A DNA stretch of 64,000 nucleotides from Octopus sinensis (Eukaryota). Location: assembly GCF_006345805.1 (NCBI RefSeq), contig NC_043013.1, forward strand, positions 5,456,001-5,520,000, written 5' to 3'. This document shows, piece by piece, positions 1-13,278 of the stretch. The notes under the pieces were generated by a model. It was not told the DNA's origin. It did no database searches and saw only the letters and a list, made by a program, of their open reading frames with translations. The first letter of the stretch is position 1, and each line of letters opens with the position of its first letter. A program made the position numbers and the translations under genes.

Positions 1-130
1 CCAAATCCACTCACAAGGCATTGGTCGGCCCGGGGCTATAGCAGAAGACACTTGCCCAAGATGCTACGCAGTGGGACTGAACCCAGAACCATGTGGTTGG
101 TTAGCAAGCTACTTACCACACAGCCACTCC
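1..130 (-). mobile_element. tRNA-derived SINE family A (octopus OK-like), 5' part
   Basis: Reverse complement of GGAGTGGCTGTGTGGTAAGTAGCTTGC...GTGGATTTGG head, seen in many copies across the window. Confidence 0.85.
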
Positions 131-689
131 ATATATATATGTATTACCATAATATCACTGTCAAGCAGTATTTAGGCATATGCAAACTTTAGGTTAGTTA
201 AAATATGTTTGTGACATATATCAACTGCTAAAAGGCAAATTCACTGCAGTTCTTTGAAGAAAAATTCTCTTTTATTATAAGAAGGTGTAAGAACATGTCT
301 GCTCAGTTAAAGCCATGGCTTTGATAAGGTCTGTCCAGAGTTGCCTCTCTTAGGTATTTCCCATTGATCATGGTTAAAAAGTTAGAAACATTGATGTCTG
401 GGAATCTGATAGGTGGTGACTCTGGGCAGATATGGCGTTTTTACACCTTTTTACCATAAGAGAGAATTTCTCTCCACAGTAACTGCAACAAATTTTCCCC
501 CCACAGACAACCAGTCTTAAACTCTTCTGTTATGGCCCATCGATCCTTGAACGTGCAGGTATGGCTAACCAATGGAGATGGGCTAACGCACCTTATGCTC
601 AGCAAGCATGACGCAGCGAGTCACACAACCCGGCCACCCACGCACAGCTGCGCTCGCCCTCACAAGTTACTCAACAACCTTACTAGTGT

Positions 690-890
690 TGGTGGCACAA
701 ATAAAAAAAAGTACCCAATATACTTCAATAAGTGATGGGTTTTGAGAATGGCATCTAACCATAGAAACCATGCCAAAGTTGATACTGGAGCTTGGTGTGG
801 CCTTGTAAGCTCAGCAAATCTTGTCAAACTGTCCAACCCATGCCAGCATGGAAAGTGGATGATAAATGATGATGTTAATGATAATGATGG
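690..890 (+). mobile_element. SINE (family F) 3' part with (GAT)n tail
   Basis: CCAACCCATGCCAGCATGGAAA..ATGATGATG tail; homologous to 46935-47250 on the opposite strand. Confidence 0.6.
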
Positions 891-3066
891 CATGTACAGG
901 AAAAAGTATGATAGACACAATCTGCAGTTTAAAACTTTTTTTTTCCACACACGTTTTGCTGTTGAGGCTATTGGCATCCTCTGCAGAGAGTGTTTATTGC
1001 ATTTGGATGGAGATCCACAACTGTGTTCTTCGGTGAAAACTTTATTACATTATGTTAACACAGAATGAATGCATTTTGTTGGATAGTTATTATAAAAGCT
1101 GGTAATTCTAGTAAGTACAGAAGTAACCACGTTATGAGCTGTATACTTGATGAAAACACTCTAAATTCCTCAGTAATAGTCATACATCTAACTTGTGTCA
1201 AAGTCTGAAACTAATATATTCCTGATAATTATTACCGATTCACTGCTCTGATGCGAAGTCAAGCTGGGCCTGAACACGGAACACAAAATTATGCAGTGGA
1301 TAAATTCAACAGAGTAAACCAGATCACCTACCTATTGCATTTGTTATGTCTAATGTTGCCAGAAAACTGAAATGGTTAAGTAATTGCAGCATAGAAGAGC
1401 TATTTTAGTGTTTTAGTATACAGAAATAAGCTGTTAAAATATCACTTCTTGTTTATTTAGTAGCGATGTCAACGTTCTTTTTGTCCCAATGTAATCAGTG
1501 AAGCCGTGTCAATGAGCCGGATATAGCTGTGGGACTAAAACTTTCGATACCTTGAGGAATAAACGAAATGGGAATTCAACATTTTTGTGTGTGTTTGGAA
1601 TTTCTAAACTGTGTGTTTTATTCTGTAATTGTTTCAACACACGGATTTCAGATTATGTCACTTACCAGACAAGTGAGTACACCTTAAAAATAGAATGGTT
1701 AAGTTTAGAGGAATAACAAAGAGCTGAAAAAAACCCATACAGGAATGTTGATTTAATTTTGTATTTATTTTTCGAATAAGTTACGTCACAGCCGGGATGT
1801 TTGGTTCGGCAGCTGATCGTTGCAGTTGCTCTAATTTCCAGCACTTGTTTACAATAGAGACACATGAAGGTTTTGTTTATAAAACGTATGTAGATATATT
1901 CTTTCAGAAGTTCCTGTTATTGTATTCTGGTCATATTAACATACTGACTTTGTAGGGTATAGTCACACTTGGGCAATCTTTGAATTTAGGACACCAATTT
2001 GAATTCTGTCAACCAACAGTGATGACGAAGGCGAAAACGACATGCTGTGATTTGTTTCTTAAGAGTGAAAGAAAAGGAACTGGAGAGGGATTTGAATATA
2101 GAATGTAAAAAAGTGTAACAAACTAGCACAAAGTATTTTAATTTGAGGCTCCACTGATTCTGCCAACCACGACCTACTATATGTATTAATCGTTATAATA
2201 CACATCATAGTCATGTGTATATTGCTTTCTGGCCATGTTAGGACACTGACTTTCATGAATTTAACCAATCCTTGTGGATGGTCATTGAGCTTAGGACATC
2301 ACTGCTTTCATCAATAAATTATCAGAGAAGTGAACGTGATGTTCTAGACGCAAAGACCGCCCAGTATTGTCAACAAAATTTGTAGTATTGAAATACAAAG
2401 CGTAAAAGAGTGTAGCAAGCCGGAACAAGGTATTTTAGTTTGATGCACCACTACCAGCCACCACCACCACCACCATCGCCACCCACCTGTTAATCGTCAT
2501 ATAATAAACATCATAGCCATGTGTTTAAATGTCAAGTTGTGTAGAGTGTTTAGAGATGAATTACATAGCATACTAAATATACCAGCAATTACTGTAACTT
2601 CTGCTGTCAGTGAACGAAAGATAAACCCCGCCTTTAATGACATCCCAATAGAAACCACAGGGACAGCATGTTTATGCATCCCATCTGTTTGTTTGGAATA
2701 TTGCATTACATTGAGGAAGTTGTTCTCTACAACAAACACCTCTACGCATCAAACATTAGCCGTAAGCTAATGAAGTTTATTACATAACATTTGGTTTTTT
2801 CACTGTCATCGCTTTGTTTTCTGTTACCACTCTATACTCATATAACATTGTATTGTGGACCATACGTATATCGAGTTCTACACCAGGTGTTTAGTCTCGC
2901 TATATATAGCGAAATAATAAATCATATGTGTGTGTACGTATTGATATGCCTTTAGAATCTAAGCATATCAATAAATAGGATGCCAGGACTGGCTACGTAC
3001 CATAACATCAAGTTCACAGTGCAGTAAAGACAACCACGGTGTGTCATGTGTTGGTAGTGTACAGCA

Positions 3067-3131
<65 letters not shown>

Positions 3132-3139
<8 letters not shown>

Positions 3140-3423
3140 AAAGGGCTTAGTAAAATAAATTACTTTGCCGCATACTGAACTCATTAGAAATAGCAGCTAA
3201 AAAACTTTTTTAAAGCTATTTCTAATACTTAAAGAAAATCTCTCTCATATATAGTGTTTGCTTAATTCAACTCACTTTTGTGAGTTGAATTAAGCAAACA
3301 CTATATATGAGAGAGATTTTCTTTAAGTATTAGAAATAGCTTTAAAAAAGTTTTTTAGCTGCTATTTCTAATGAGTTCAGTATGCGGCAAAGTAATTTAT
3401 TTTACTAAGCCCTTTTATATAAT
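3132..3423. repeat. Perfect palindrome, 144-bp arms, 4-nt TTTT loop
   Basis: 3132-3275 is the reverse complement of 3280-3423 with no mismatch found by eye; left arm abuts a (TA)n tract. Confidence 0.9.
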
Positions 3424-3516
3424 GTAATAATTTGAATTCGCCTTGAATGGTCCCTTTGCATACTGAACACTTGGTGAAATTGATTAATAATTAATTAATT
3501 TTGCCCTCAATTGTTG

Positions 3517-3552
<36 letters not shown>

Positions 3553-3554
<2 letters not shown>

Positions 3555-3782
3555 AAATAAGAAAATGGAGAAATACATCCAAATCAAATATCAATTACCA
3601 GATAATACCCAATCACATACTTTATTAAACCACCACATAAGAAACTTTAAGGTCAAACATAATAATATATGACAAAACAGTGTACATAAAGGAGTGTATT
3701 AACTTTGTTGGGTACTTCACTAGCAGTATATTGGATATATGTTATCCCATGGAGGGTTGCATTTACAACCCTAATCTCAATT

Positions 3783-3784
<2 letters not shown>
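3553..3784. mobile_element. Short element embedded in (TA)n, probably a Penelope-like pseudo-LTR derivative
   Basis: (TA)n on both sides, AGGGTTG/CAACCCT hairpin, AATAAA on minus strand. Confidence 0.35.
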
Positions 3785-3820
<36 letters not shown>

Positions 3821-3858
3821 CAACTTATAAACAAGGGCAAAAGAAAAAAAATTCAATG

Positions 3859-4154
3859 CCAAATATGCTGAAATAGACTTAATCGTCAATAACCATACAA
3901 TTTATCACTATAAGCCTGCTCATGACTTAGTGTTTACTTCTTCCATGGGTACAAGTAAGTATCTCATTTATTTCCTTATTGTATTTATCGCTGATGACGA
4001 GAAAATTCTAAATGAATTAACTCAGAAATTGGAACCGATCTGATAATAAGCGAAATTTTTTTAGAAATTTCTATCGACTTGCTTTCAAGATGCGCGCTTA
4101 TAGTGATAAATTATATAAGGTTATTGAGGATTAAGTCTATTTCGGCATATTCGG
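3859..4154. mobile_element. Inverted-arm element enclosing a hammerhead motif
   Basis: 3859-3915 and 4096-4154 are imperfect inverted repeats (few mismatches); (TA)n to the left; right side cut by a MITE. Confidence 0.6.
3985..4046 (+). ncRNA. Type-I hammerhead ribozyme motif
   Basis: Helix I TTATCG/TGATAA; core CTGATGA (3991); helix II CGAG..AATTC-TAAAT-GAATT..CTCA; GAAA (4025); helix III ATTGG-AA-CCGAT; cleavage triplet AUC (after 4040); one C.A mismatch at the base of helix II. Confidence 0.7.
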
Positions 4155-4159
4155 CATTT

Positions 4160-4455
4160 GGGGGGGGGGTATCTTTTTTTTCTTCGCAAATGTAAATAAA
4201 CCCAATCTGTTTCTTAAACGAGGGACATACTCATACAGCACGGAATGTTTTCACCCCAAATGGAGGTCAGCGATTGGTTGAAATTGCCGAAATGCTTGAA
4301 ATTAAAGTGGAAATATGTTACAACATATAGAATTTTCTCAATAAAGCCAAGAAAAAATTATGTTTTATAAACACATTCTACCAGTATACGAAGTTTAAAA
4401 GTGTTTTGTTGACTAGAAATTGTGTTGACATGTGCCGTTCAAAAGGAAAATATCC
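4160..4455. mobile_element. Partial MITE (GGATCTTTT-TIR family)
   Basis: Homologous to 22648-23063 and 39590-39996; only one TIR end (CCGTTCAAAAGGAAAATATCC). Confidence 0.75.
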
Positions 4456-5064
4456 AAAAAATGTTATTTCGATATACTTTTATATTCGTTGTTTGCCCTA
4501 TTTTACGCTTGTTTATGCTCTTATACATTCAAAGTTCGCAAATGTCCTTATTTAAACTATGAATCATATCCCTTTTGATAATATCATGATTACAAAACTT
4601 CTTTGTGAACGTTATTTTCTGTTTGGTTGACACTAATTTTCAAACTACTGGGAATTCGTTGCTCTACTCTTAGCGACGTATAACTGGCTGAGTGTAAACA
4701 TCGGAGTGAGTAAAAATACACCTACACGATCTAAAGTCTGGCTCTGTGCCTTGTTTGCAGTGAATGCTCAAGCGGAATCGTTAGAATTGCAAAGAATCAA
4801 ACTAAGCCTTACCTCTTACTATTTTATGCGAATAATGTCTGGATGTTCTGGTACCATGGGTTATTTTGATTGACAAAACTGAGATGTAAATGAGAGACGC
4901 TACGATTAGCCGTTTCGAATCCTGTTCGAGACTGACACACTTCAATAACCACTAAATAATCACACAGACTATATACTGACACACACTTTTTCCCTTTAAT
5001 TTTCGCTCTTAACCGTCCTCGCGACCGCCTTCGTTTCTACAATGGAACCACAAACTATTCGATG

Positions 5065-5602
5065 AAAATCCAGAGTTATTTGCAATCGGTGAATTTTTAA
5101 TAAAAATGCGGTGGTCTATCTATTCAAAATTCGATATCCACGAAATATTCATACTTTCTGGGGGTTTTTTTAATGATAAAAACCTTCCTCACGACCGTCT
5201 TTGTAATCCCGAAAAATATTGTAACCATTGGTTCAGCCATCTGGCCGTGAAGAGGGAGCAGAGACGGACAGACATAACGCCCAGTATAGTAAGATAGCAA
5301 ATCTGGCCATCTACGATGGGAAATAAAGGGATAGTATCGCAAATCTAAACCCTGTAAGTTCACGAACTATACAGGGAGGGGGGGTGCAGAGTTAATCCTC
5401 GTCGCCGGAAATTTAACAAGAAAATCAAAGGTGATTTATTAATACAAAACTCAATATCCACTAAATAATCATATTTTAAACATTTTTTATCCCTAAAAGC
5501 CTTCCTGATTACATCCTTCGTAATCCTGAAAACCATTGTGACCATTGATCCAGCCACTTGGCCGTGAAGAGGGAACGGACATAAAGCCCATTATAGTAAG
5601 AT
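5065..5602 (+). mobile_element. Two tandem Helitron-like (Lep1/DINE-type) 3' ends
   Basis: Two diverged direct copies ending ...CAGCCA(T/C)(C/T)TGGCCGTGAAGAGGGA...TATAGTAAGAT at 5295 and 5602. Confidence 0.4.
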
Positions 5603-6106
5603 AACCGAGTATGAGATTTCATTGTCGTCACTTCTGATTTCTGTCGCAAATTACTTTCACTTTTATTTTACGACACTAACTTGTTTGTGAACTAAATATA
5701 TACTTACGAATAGACTTATTAACAGATTTGCCCTTGACCGAATTTTCGCTGGAAGAGGGTGATGAAGGATGCGTGAGAGGGAAAAATAGCTGCCACCCAC
5801 TCACACTTTGTATTTGATGTTTTAACTTGCATTTTCTGTTTTCATTGAACGATAAGTAAACTGTTCCTTCCCTACGAATTCCCAAATTAACATTGACCCG
5901 TTACAAATTGCTCGGTGCATCAATGACACGTATTCCACTTGACACAGTCTAATATATGACATTAAAATTAGAGTCTCTCTCTCACGTACGTACATACAGA
6001 CGCGCGTACACACACAGAGACATAAATACATACACACACACACACACACGTATGTCTGAAAAGAGAAGTCAGTTGAGATTTTCTCAAGATCAGCAAAGCA
6101 TTATAT

Positions 6107-6545
6107 GGCGAAGTTTCGCATGTCGTAGCTCAGATTTCCGTCGATTTCCGTAAAAAACTTTTATTTTTTTACATAAGTAATGCGAGCGAAAGAGACTAAG
6201 AGGAAGCGATTTTATGACGAGAAGGTTTCTCTTTGAAACACACACATACATAGATACATACACACACACACATACATGCAGACATACATATACACATACA
6301 CCGAGTAAAAAATCAGTTATCTCTCTCTTTCTCTTCGCACACACTAACAGAAGCACTTCACTTACACAACATACTGTCTGTCTCCCACACCCCATCAAAC
6401 ACACACAGGCCGACTTCAAAGAGAAACCTTCTCGTCATAAAATCGCTTCCTCTTAGTCTCTTTCGCTCTCATTACTTATGTAAAAAAATAAAAGTTTTTT
6501 ACGGAAATCGACGGAAATCTGTGCTACTACAACCGAAACTATGCC
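6107..6545. mobile_element. MITE with long TIRs and 8-bp TSD (Merlin/hAT-like)
   Basis: About 130-bp TIRs starting GGC; TSD CATTATAT/CAGTATAT; internal part shared with 21842-22258. Confidence 0.8.
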
Positions 6546-6844
6546 CAGTATATATATATATATATAGATAGATAGAATATATATAAATATATAGATAGAT
6601 AGATATGTGTGTGTGTGTGTGTGCCTATACACACACAAACACACTCACTCACTCACAATACGTGTGTGTGCGTGAGTGAAAGAGTGAAAGAGAAGCACAG
6701 ACGAGCAGAAGAGAGCTTGACATGTCATGTAAGTCTTGAAGTGTTTCACAATTTCTAGGTTAGATACTTCTTCACACCGATCTTGAGATTAAGCTACTAC
6801 TACTACTACTACTACTACTAATATGTTTACATAAACAGGTACAC

Positions 6845-6907
<63 letters not shown>

Positions 6908-6949
6908 AAAGGGGCTGTGTAAGAGAAAGAGAGACAGCAGCGAGTGTAG

Positions 6950-7050
6950 GTGGATTTTCTCAAACTAGCCTTCGTGCTTCCTGTACAAAGTCCATGTTTC
7001 ACATCCGCAAAGCATTCCTCTGGCGATGACAACAAGTTGTGTAGATTTTC
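6950..7050 (-). mobile_element. RTE LINE RT fragment
   Basis: Minus-strand translation MLCGCETWTLYRKH, matching the RTE LLYGCETWTL motif. Confidence 0.55.
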
Positions 7051-8569
7051 AATTGTTCATGTGATTAGATGTAATATTTGACCAATGGAGGACTGAATTC
7101 TCTAAATTTTATCTGAGGAGCCATCTACTGATTTTAGGTTTTTTTCCATTAACCAGGTCAGTTTAACTTAGCAAGATATGCTAATGGCACATATACTTGG
7201 GCCCTTCCTTTTCAAAGGACCCGGCCTAAATATTTGCAAGCTATCTATTCCAATTCAGTGATATTGTGGTTTATTTGAATAGGTGGTCCTTTAGATCTGA
7301 TATATGGAATATTTATAGACTTGTAACATTTCTCAGTTTGGAAATTTCCACATATAAAGAAACAATCTCACAGAGCAAAGTGACATAGCTTCATGTGGAT
7401 TGCTCTGGACTAAGTTTGAATTTGCCAGCTTTTATAACCTTTAGCAAAAGTTTCTAGAACTTTCCATTAAGCTATTTGATAGAGCTCACACACTTCTTTT
7501 AAAGCCCACCACATCGACCAAAACAAGCCAACCAATGCTGATTGGTTGAGTCACATTCACGTAGGCATTAATGCCTGTTACGGTGACACATTGCTTTTTA
7601 TGGCAATATGGTAGGCCGTGGACCTGAGCTGGGGAAATCTGAGAGTGAGGTTCAAAGCTCACTGGGAACCATGCTACAAAGTAAAATCATAAAAAGTATC
7701 GGCATTCTTTTATTCATTTCAATTATCCCCTCTCTTAGATACACAGAACGCTAACTTATCTATCAAATTAATATGCAGTTAGATCTATAAAAGTAACTAT
7801 AATATGACTCTAGTGAAATACATCTAGAAAACTAATAGCGATGGGATTGTATAATCCCACTTCTGTGACAGCTGATTTATATTTATTTATTTTGATTAAC
7901 AAACAAAATCCTAATAATAATTCTTGTGTGGAACGAGAAATAGACTGAGAAGTATTGCAATTCTATAAATATTAAATCGTTTGGGGATTGGGGTACTACT
8001 TTACATTTAAAAAGTTTCAACACATCATTTTTACTTGAACCTAAATATTTTATTGAATTTTTATGCTTCAGACTGCATATCTGAAGGACCAACATCTATA
8101 GACATTTTTATTTACCCCCAGCAAATCCGGATTAATTTAGCAAGATTAATACATGTTGTAGGCTCTGCATTTTCAAGGGACCCGTGCTAAACGCTCGCAA
8201 GTTATCAATTCGAATCTTACTGATTCTGCGGTGTATTTAAATTGGAACTCCTTAAATCCCTTTCAAATATACTGATGTTTGAATGGGATCTAAAAGACTA
8301 TATATGTTGTATTTTAAATATGTATATAGACCAAGCATGTGCTATCTTTTTGCGAGAAGATACATGATGAATAGGGCACCAGATTAAGTCTGTCTCCCAC
8401 CAAATTGAACTCATGATTCATCATCAGGCATGGCGGACTACTAAAATAATTCATGGCAATTTTAATAAACGTTATTTCCCTAATGAAATTAGATGTGCCA
8501 CTCAAAATGCCCCGCGGCTGCAGTTTGCTCATGACTGGCATAGACTATACATATCCAATATATATATAG

Positions 8570-8880
8570 TCAGGCTCACAATCATGAGATAGTGAGTTCA
8601 ATTCCAGGACCGAACTGCATGTTGTATTCTTGAGCAAGACACTTTATTTCACGTTGCTCCAGTTCACTGAGCTGTAGAAATGAGTCGCGACATCACTGGT
8701 GCCGAGATGTATCAGCCTTTGCCTTTCCCTTGGATAACACCGGTGGTGTGTAGAGAGGAAGCTGGTATGCATGGGCGACTGCTGGTCTTCCACAAACAAG
8801 CTTACCCAGATTTGTGCCTCAAAGGGTAACTTTTTAGGTGCAGTCTCATGGTCATTCATGACTGAAGGGGGTCGTCCGTC
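8570..8880 (+). mobile_element. tRNA-derived SINE (family D, CORE-like centre)
   Basis: B-box GAGTTCAATTCC followed by CTTGAGCAAGACACTTTATTTCAC...CTGTAGAAATGAG. Confidence 0.6.
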
Positions 8881-9580
8881 CTATGTTATGTGTGTGTGTG
8901 TACATATATATATGTGTGTGTATGTATGTATGTATTTCCTTGTATCTCTCCACTGTCCTGTTTTTGTTCCCAGCTTTGACTCTCCAGAAATTCAAAATTT
9001 TATCTTGGGATTTATGAGACCAACTGTCTTCCAAGACTCATATTGTCATTGAATGCTCAAAGTGGGGAGTAGATAGACAGCCGACAACTGATGAAGGGTC
9101 GTTCTCTGTGTTACTTGTCCTTTTTTTTCCATTTTTACTCTCATTGCTTGTGTATCTAACTCGTTGTTTTCGTATTTCATGTTGTTTACACAGTTGGTGA
9201 TGTCCTCTACCCATATATGCATATATATATATATATACATACACACATACATACATCCATTCATATATATATATATATATAAATATGTGTGTGTGTTTCA
9301 AATATGGAGTTACATCCTTAAAACTAATTTTATTCAGTCAAGGCTTGACCAGCTTATTTCGCGGTTTCAATGGAAATATCTTTAAACAATTAAGTCTGAA
9401 ATATAAGTAAAACTGTTTGTCTTTGTGATGACAAAACCCGGATCTTACATTATTATTATTTATATAGTAACAACAACAATTATAACAACTAGTCACCAGG
9501 TTTATGTTATCTAAGGTTGCAATAAAAACAACGTGACACCTGATATCTTATTAATGGTTGCCGCTAACACTACAAAGTTT

Positions 9581-9933
9581 TTTATTACCTCCATCATGCT
9601 AAGGCGTGTTTGTTTGTTTGTCCATGGACAAGATATCTCAAGAACTGCTGGATAGATTCAGATGAAACTTTCAGGGACATTTGGCCTCATGACTGACACA
9701 AACTGATTAGATTTTGGGATCGATCTGGTACCAGACAAGGATTCTGGATTATTTTTCCTGTTTTTTTTTTTACTTAATTTTTGAGAGTGGCCAGGTTCAT
9801 TTTTAGTATTCTCGTTTGTGAGAGCAATTGAGTTTATTTCAGATATTCTCATTTTAAAATCATCTCTGGCTAATCGTTGAGAGGACGTTGGGTTGCCTTG
9901 GTGGAGGTTTATGCTCTCAGGGTGCTCTTGTTT
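9581..9933 (+). mobile_element. Helentron-associated non-autonomous element (HINE/DINE-1-like)
   Basis: TTATTACCTCC 5' end, (TTTG)n block, sub-terminal CCTTGGTGGAGGT, 3' hairpin-like GCTCTCAGGGTGC then CTTGTT. Confidence 0.55.
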
Positions 9934-9989
9934 TACTTTATTTTATTTCATATCGTAATTCACGAACAATGGTGCCATTGATTGGAGGT

Positions 9990-10440
9990 TTCCTTTCATT
10001 CTTTTCTACTCTAGGCACAAGGCCCCAAATTTTTGGTGGTGGGGAGAGTAGTCGATTAGATCGACCCCAGTATACAACTGGTTCTTAATTTATCGACTCC
10101 GAAAGGATGAAAGGCAAAGTCAACCTTGGTGGAATTTGAACTCAGAACATAAAGACAGATAAAATACCACTAAGCATTTTGCCTGGCGTGCTGACGATTC
10201 TGCCAGCTCGCTGCCTTTAAAAGTGTGAAGAAGAAAGAGATAATCCTTTCTACTTTAGGCACAAGGCCTGAAATTTGGTGGGGAGAGGGGCAGTCGATTA
10301 GATCAACACTAGTACACAACCGGTACTTAAATTATCAACTCCCGAAGGGATGAAAAGTAAAGTTGACCTCAGTGGAATTTGAACTCAGAATGTAGCGATG
10401 GGCAAAATACTGTTAAGCATTTCATCCAGCTTGCCACCCT
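9990..10440 (-). mobile_element. Two CpG-decayed copies of SINE family B
   Basis: Reverse complement of ...GAGTTCAAATTCC..GAGGTCGACTTTGCCTTTCATCC... with CG>TG/CA changes. Confidence 0.8.
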
Positions 10441-11013
10441 GATTCACCGCAGTTCTGATGACAAGAAGGTAAGATCATTGGTGTGTCTAACTCAGACATG
10501 CTTTCTGCATTCTGAGATCAAATCTCATGGCTGTCAACACTGACTTTCGTCTTTACTGAGACAATAAATAAAGTAACAGTCTGGGCGTTGGATTAGCAGA
10601 ATAACCAAAGTGTCAGATGCGTTATATTGCGGTATTTGCTCTGGTTCTTTGGGTTCTGAGTTCAATTTGGTGGGAGACAGACTTAATCTGGTGCCCTATT
10701 CAACACCACCGCACGGTCACTTAGTGCTCCTAGTGGAGGAATCCCCTCTGTTGGAAATTATCAGATCATGCATATTGGTGGTTCTCAACTGGGACCTATA
10801 TGGCCCTTTAGGGGTCGATATAAGATTTTGTTGTTAAAATTTATCTGCAATAAATTTGTTGTACATCAACAATACAGAAAATGTTTTTATTATTTATTTT
10901 TATACAATTCCTAATAATATTTAATTCTAAAAAATATAATGGGATTTTTTAAACATTGAACGGATAAGAAGGTCCATTGGAGAAAAATAGAAATCAAGAA
11001 AAATAGAAAAATA

Positions 11014-11414
11014 GGCGCAGGAGTGACTGTGTGGTAAGTAGCTTGCTTACCAACCACATGGTTCTGGGTTCAATCCCACTGCATGGCACCTTGGGCAAGT
11101 GTCTTCTACTATAGCCTCGGGCCGACCAAAGCCTTGTAAGTAGATTTGGTACACGGAAACTGAAAAAAGCCCATTGTGTATATGTATATATATATATATG
11201 TATATGTATGTGTGTGTCTGTGTTTGTCCCCCCCAGCATCGCTTGACAACCGATGCTGGTGTGTTTATGTTCCCGTAACTTAGCAGTTCGGCAAAAGAGA
11301 CTGGTAGAACAAGTACTAGACTTACAAAGAATAAGTCCTGGGGTCGAATTGCTCGACTAAAGGCGGTGCTCCAGCATGGTCGTAGTCAAATGACTGAAAC
11401 AAGTAAAAGAGTAA
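11014..11414 (+). mobile_element. SINE family A, full length
   Basis: GGCGCAGGAG head, central (TA/TG)n, CCAGCATGG..AAGAGTAAAAG tail. Confidence 0.9.
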
Positions 11415-12099
11415 AAGGGGTCAATAGATAAAAGAATAATAAAAAAACACTTATGTATATGGTCCCAAGATAACTTTTCCTTTCCTTCCTCTCCCTCTCA
11501 GTCATCTTGGGTCAAAGGCACTGCTTTTCCTTTTAACAAAGGGATAAAAATATATAACAAAGGTATGAAAATAACATTTACCCTCCCCCATTCTGTCATT
11601 ATATTTAAGTTATCACATCTATTAGTGCTTGATAACTCAATCTGTTTATATCTGTCAGTTATTTTGAGGTTTGGTAAGTGTTTGTGATAACCAAGTTTCG
11701 CTGAAGAGGTCAAATAAGATAGGAATATCTCCGAGTTGTCACCCTTTTTATCAAAGCCCAGCTTCATGCTAAAATTCAAAGTTGTCTCGTCTGCTTTTCT
11801 TGGTTGTAATTATAATTACTCATTAAGCTAATTTTGTTTTCATTCCTCATTACAACTGTGGTTTTTAATAAAAAAAAAATGTTTTGTTTCAATACATTGA
11901 GTTTGTTTGCAACAACTTGACTATGTTTCCTGCAGAAGGCAGCCCTTGGTAATTTCCACTCCACTCCCCTGTTGAGACCCCCAAATCACCCCCACCCCAC
12001 CCCGCCGCCTTCACCTCAGTCATTCTTTTAAGTTGTTACAACCGTATTATAAGCAAGTAGTGTCATGATGTATCTGTTAAAAGATCGATAAAATAGATT

Positions 12100-12510
12100 G
12101 TGAATCACACTGCATGAAAGAGAGAGAGAGGGGGGAGAGGGGGGAGGGAGAAATAGAAAGAGAGGAGTGAGGGAGAAAGAAAGAGGAAGAAAGAGAAAGT
12201 GAGAAGGAAATGAGAGTTGAAGAGAAAGAGGGGAGAGAGGATAAGAGAAAGAGAATTAGAGAGAGAGGAAAGGGGAGGAAAGAGAAATGAAGAATCAGAG
12301 AGAGAGAGGGATTAAGAGAGAGAGAATGAGAGAAAGGGCAGAGAGAGAGGGAGAGAAAAAGATATAGTAAGAGTGGAGGGAAATGAGAGATGAGAATGAG
12401 AGAGAAAGCGGGCAAAGAGGCAAAGAGAATATGAGAAAGGATGAGAGAGAAAGAGAGAGAGAGAGAGGGATAGATAGAATGAGAGGAAGAGATGATGAGA
12501 GTGAGAGAGA
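12100..12510. repeat. GA-rich low-complexity tract
   Basis: Near-pure purine strand. Confidence 0.9.
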
Positions 12511-12829
12511 GAGAGCATTACTCTCATAATCAGATTATTATGAAATCTCTCCTTACGCTGGCACCAACACCATAACTTAAAGTACATACACACACACACA
12601 CACATACATACATACACACATATATGCACACGCATGCAAACACACACACACACAGGTAAAGCGTTGCATTCAGATAACCAATGTTAATCATATATTGGTA
12701 CATGCACACAGATGGTATAGCTATAGGCTCACCTTTGGAATTTGACAGAAACTGTGTTAATATATATAGTTTCTTTAAGAAAATCAATAGTTGTACATAC
12801 TTAGGTGCATACATAAATTTACATATGCT

Positions 12830-13150
<321 letters not shown>

Positions 13151-13278
13151 AAGATCTGGGTAGGCAGTAGCTCATCATGAAATACTATGTCAAAATATTT
13201 TGGCAACCAACAACATCTATCTATCTGTCTGTCTATCTATCTATCTATCTATCTATATACACAAAGGACATTTTCATT

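Noticed and set aside
130-520. Decayed mariner transposase
   Set aside because: Only faint similarity; no diagnostic motif intact.
900-2900. Host-gene exons in the unique region (e.g. DDEGENDML* at about 2020; minus-strand segments 1667-1724 and 1332-1366)
   Set aside because: Plausible splice signals on both strands give incompatible models and no recognisable protein.
11690-11790. Hammerhead around CTGAAGA/CGAAAC
   Set aside because: The two core halves are on opposite strands or too degenerate to pair.
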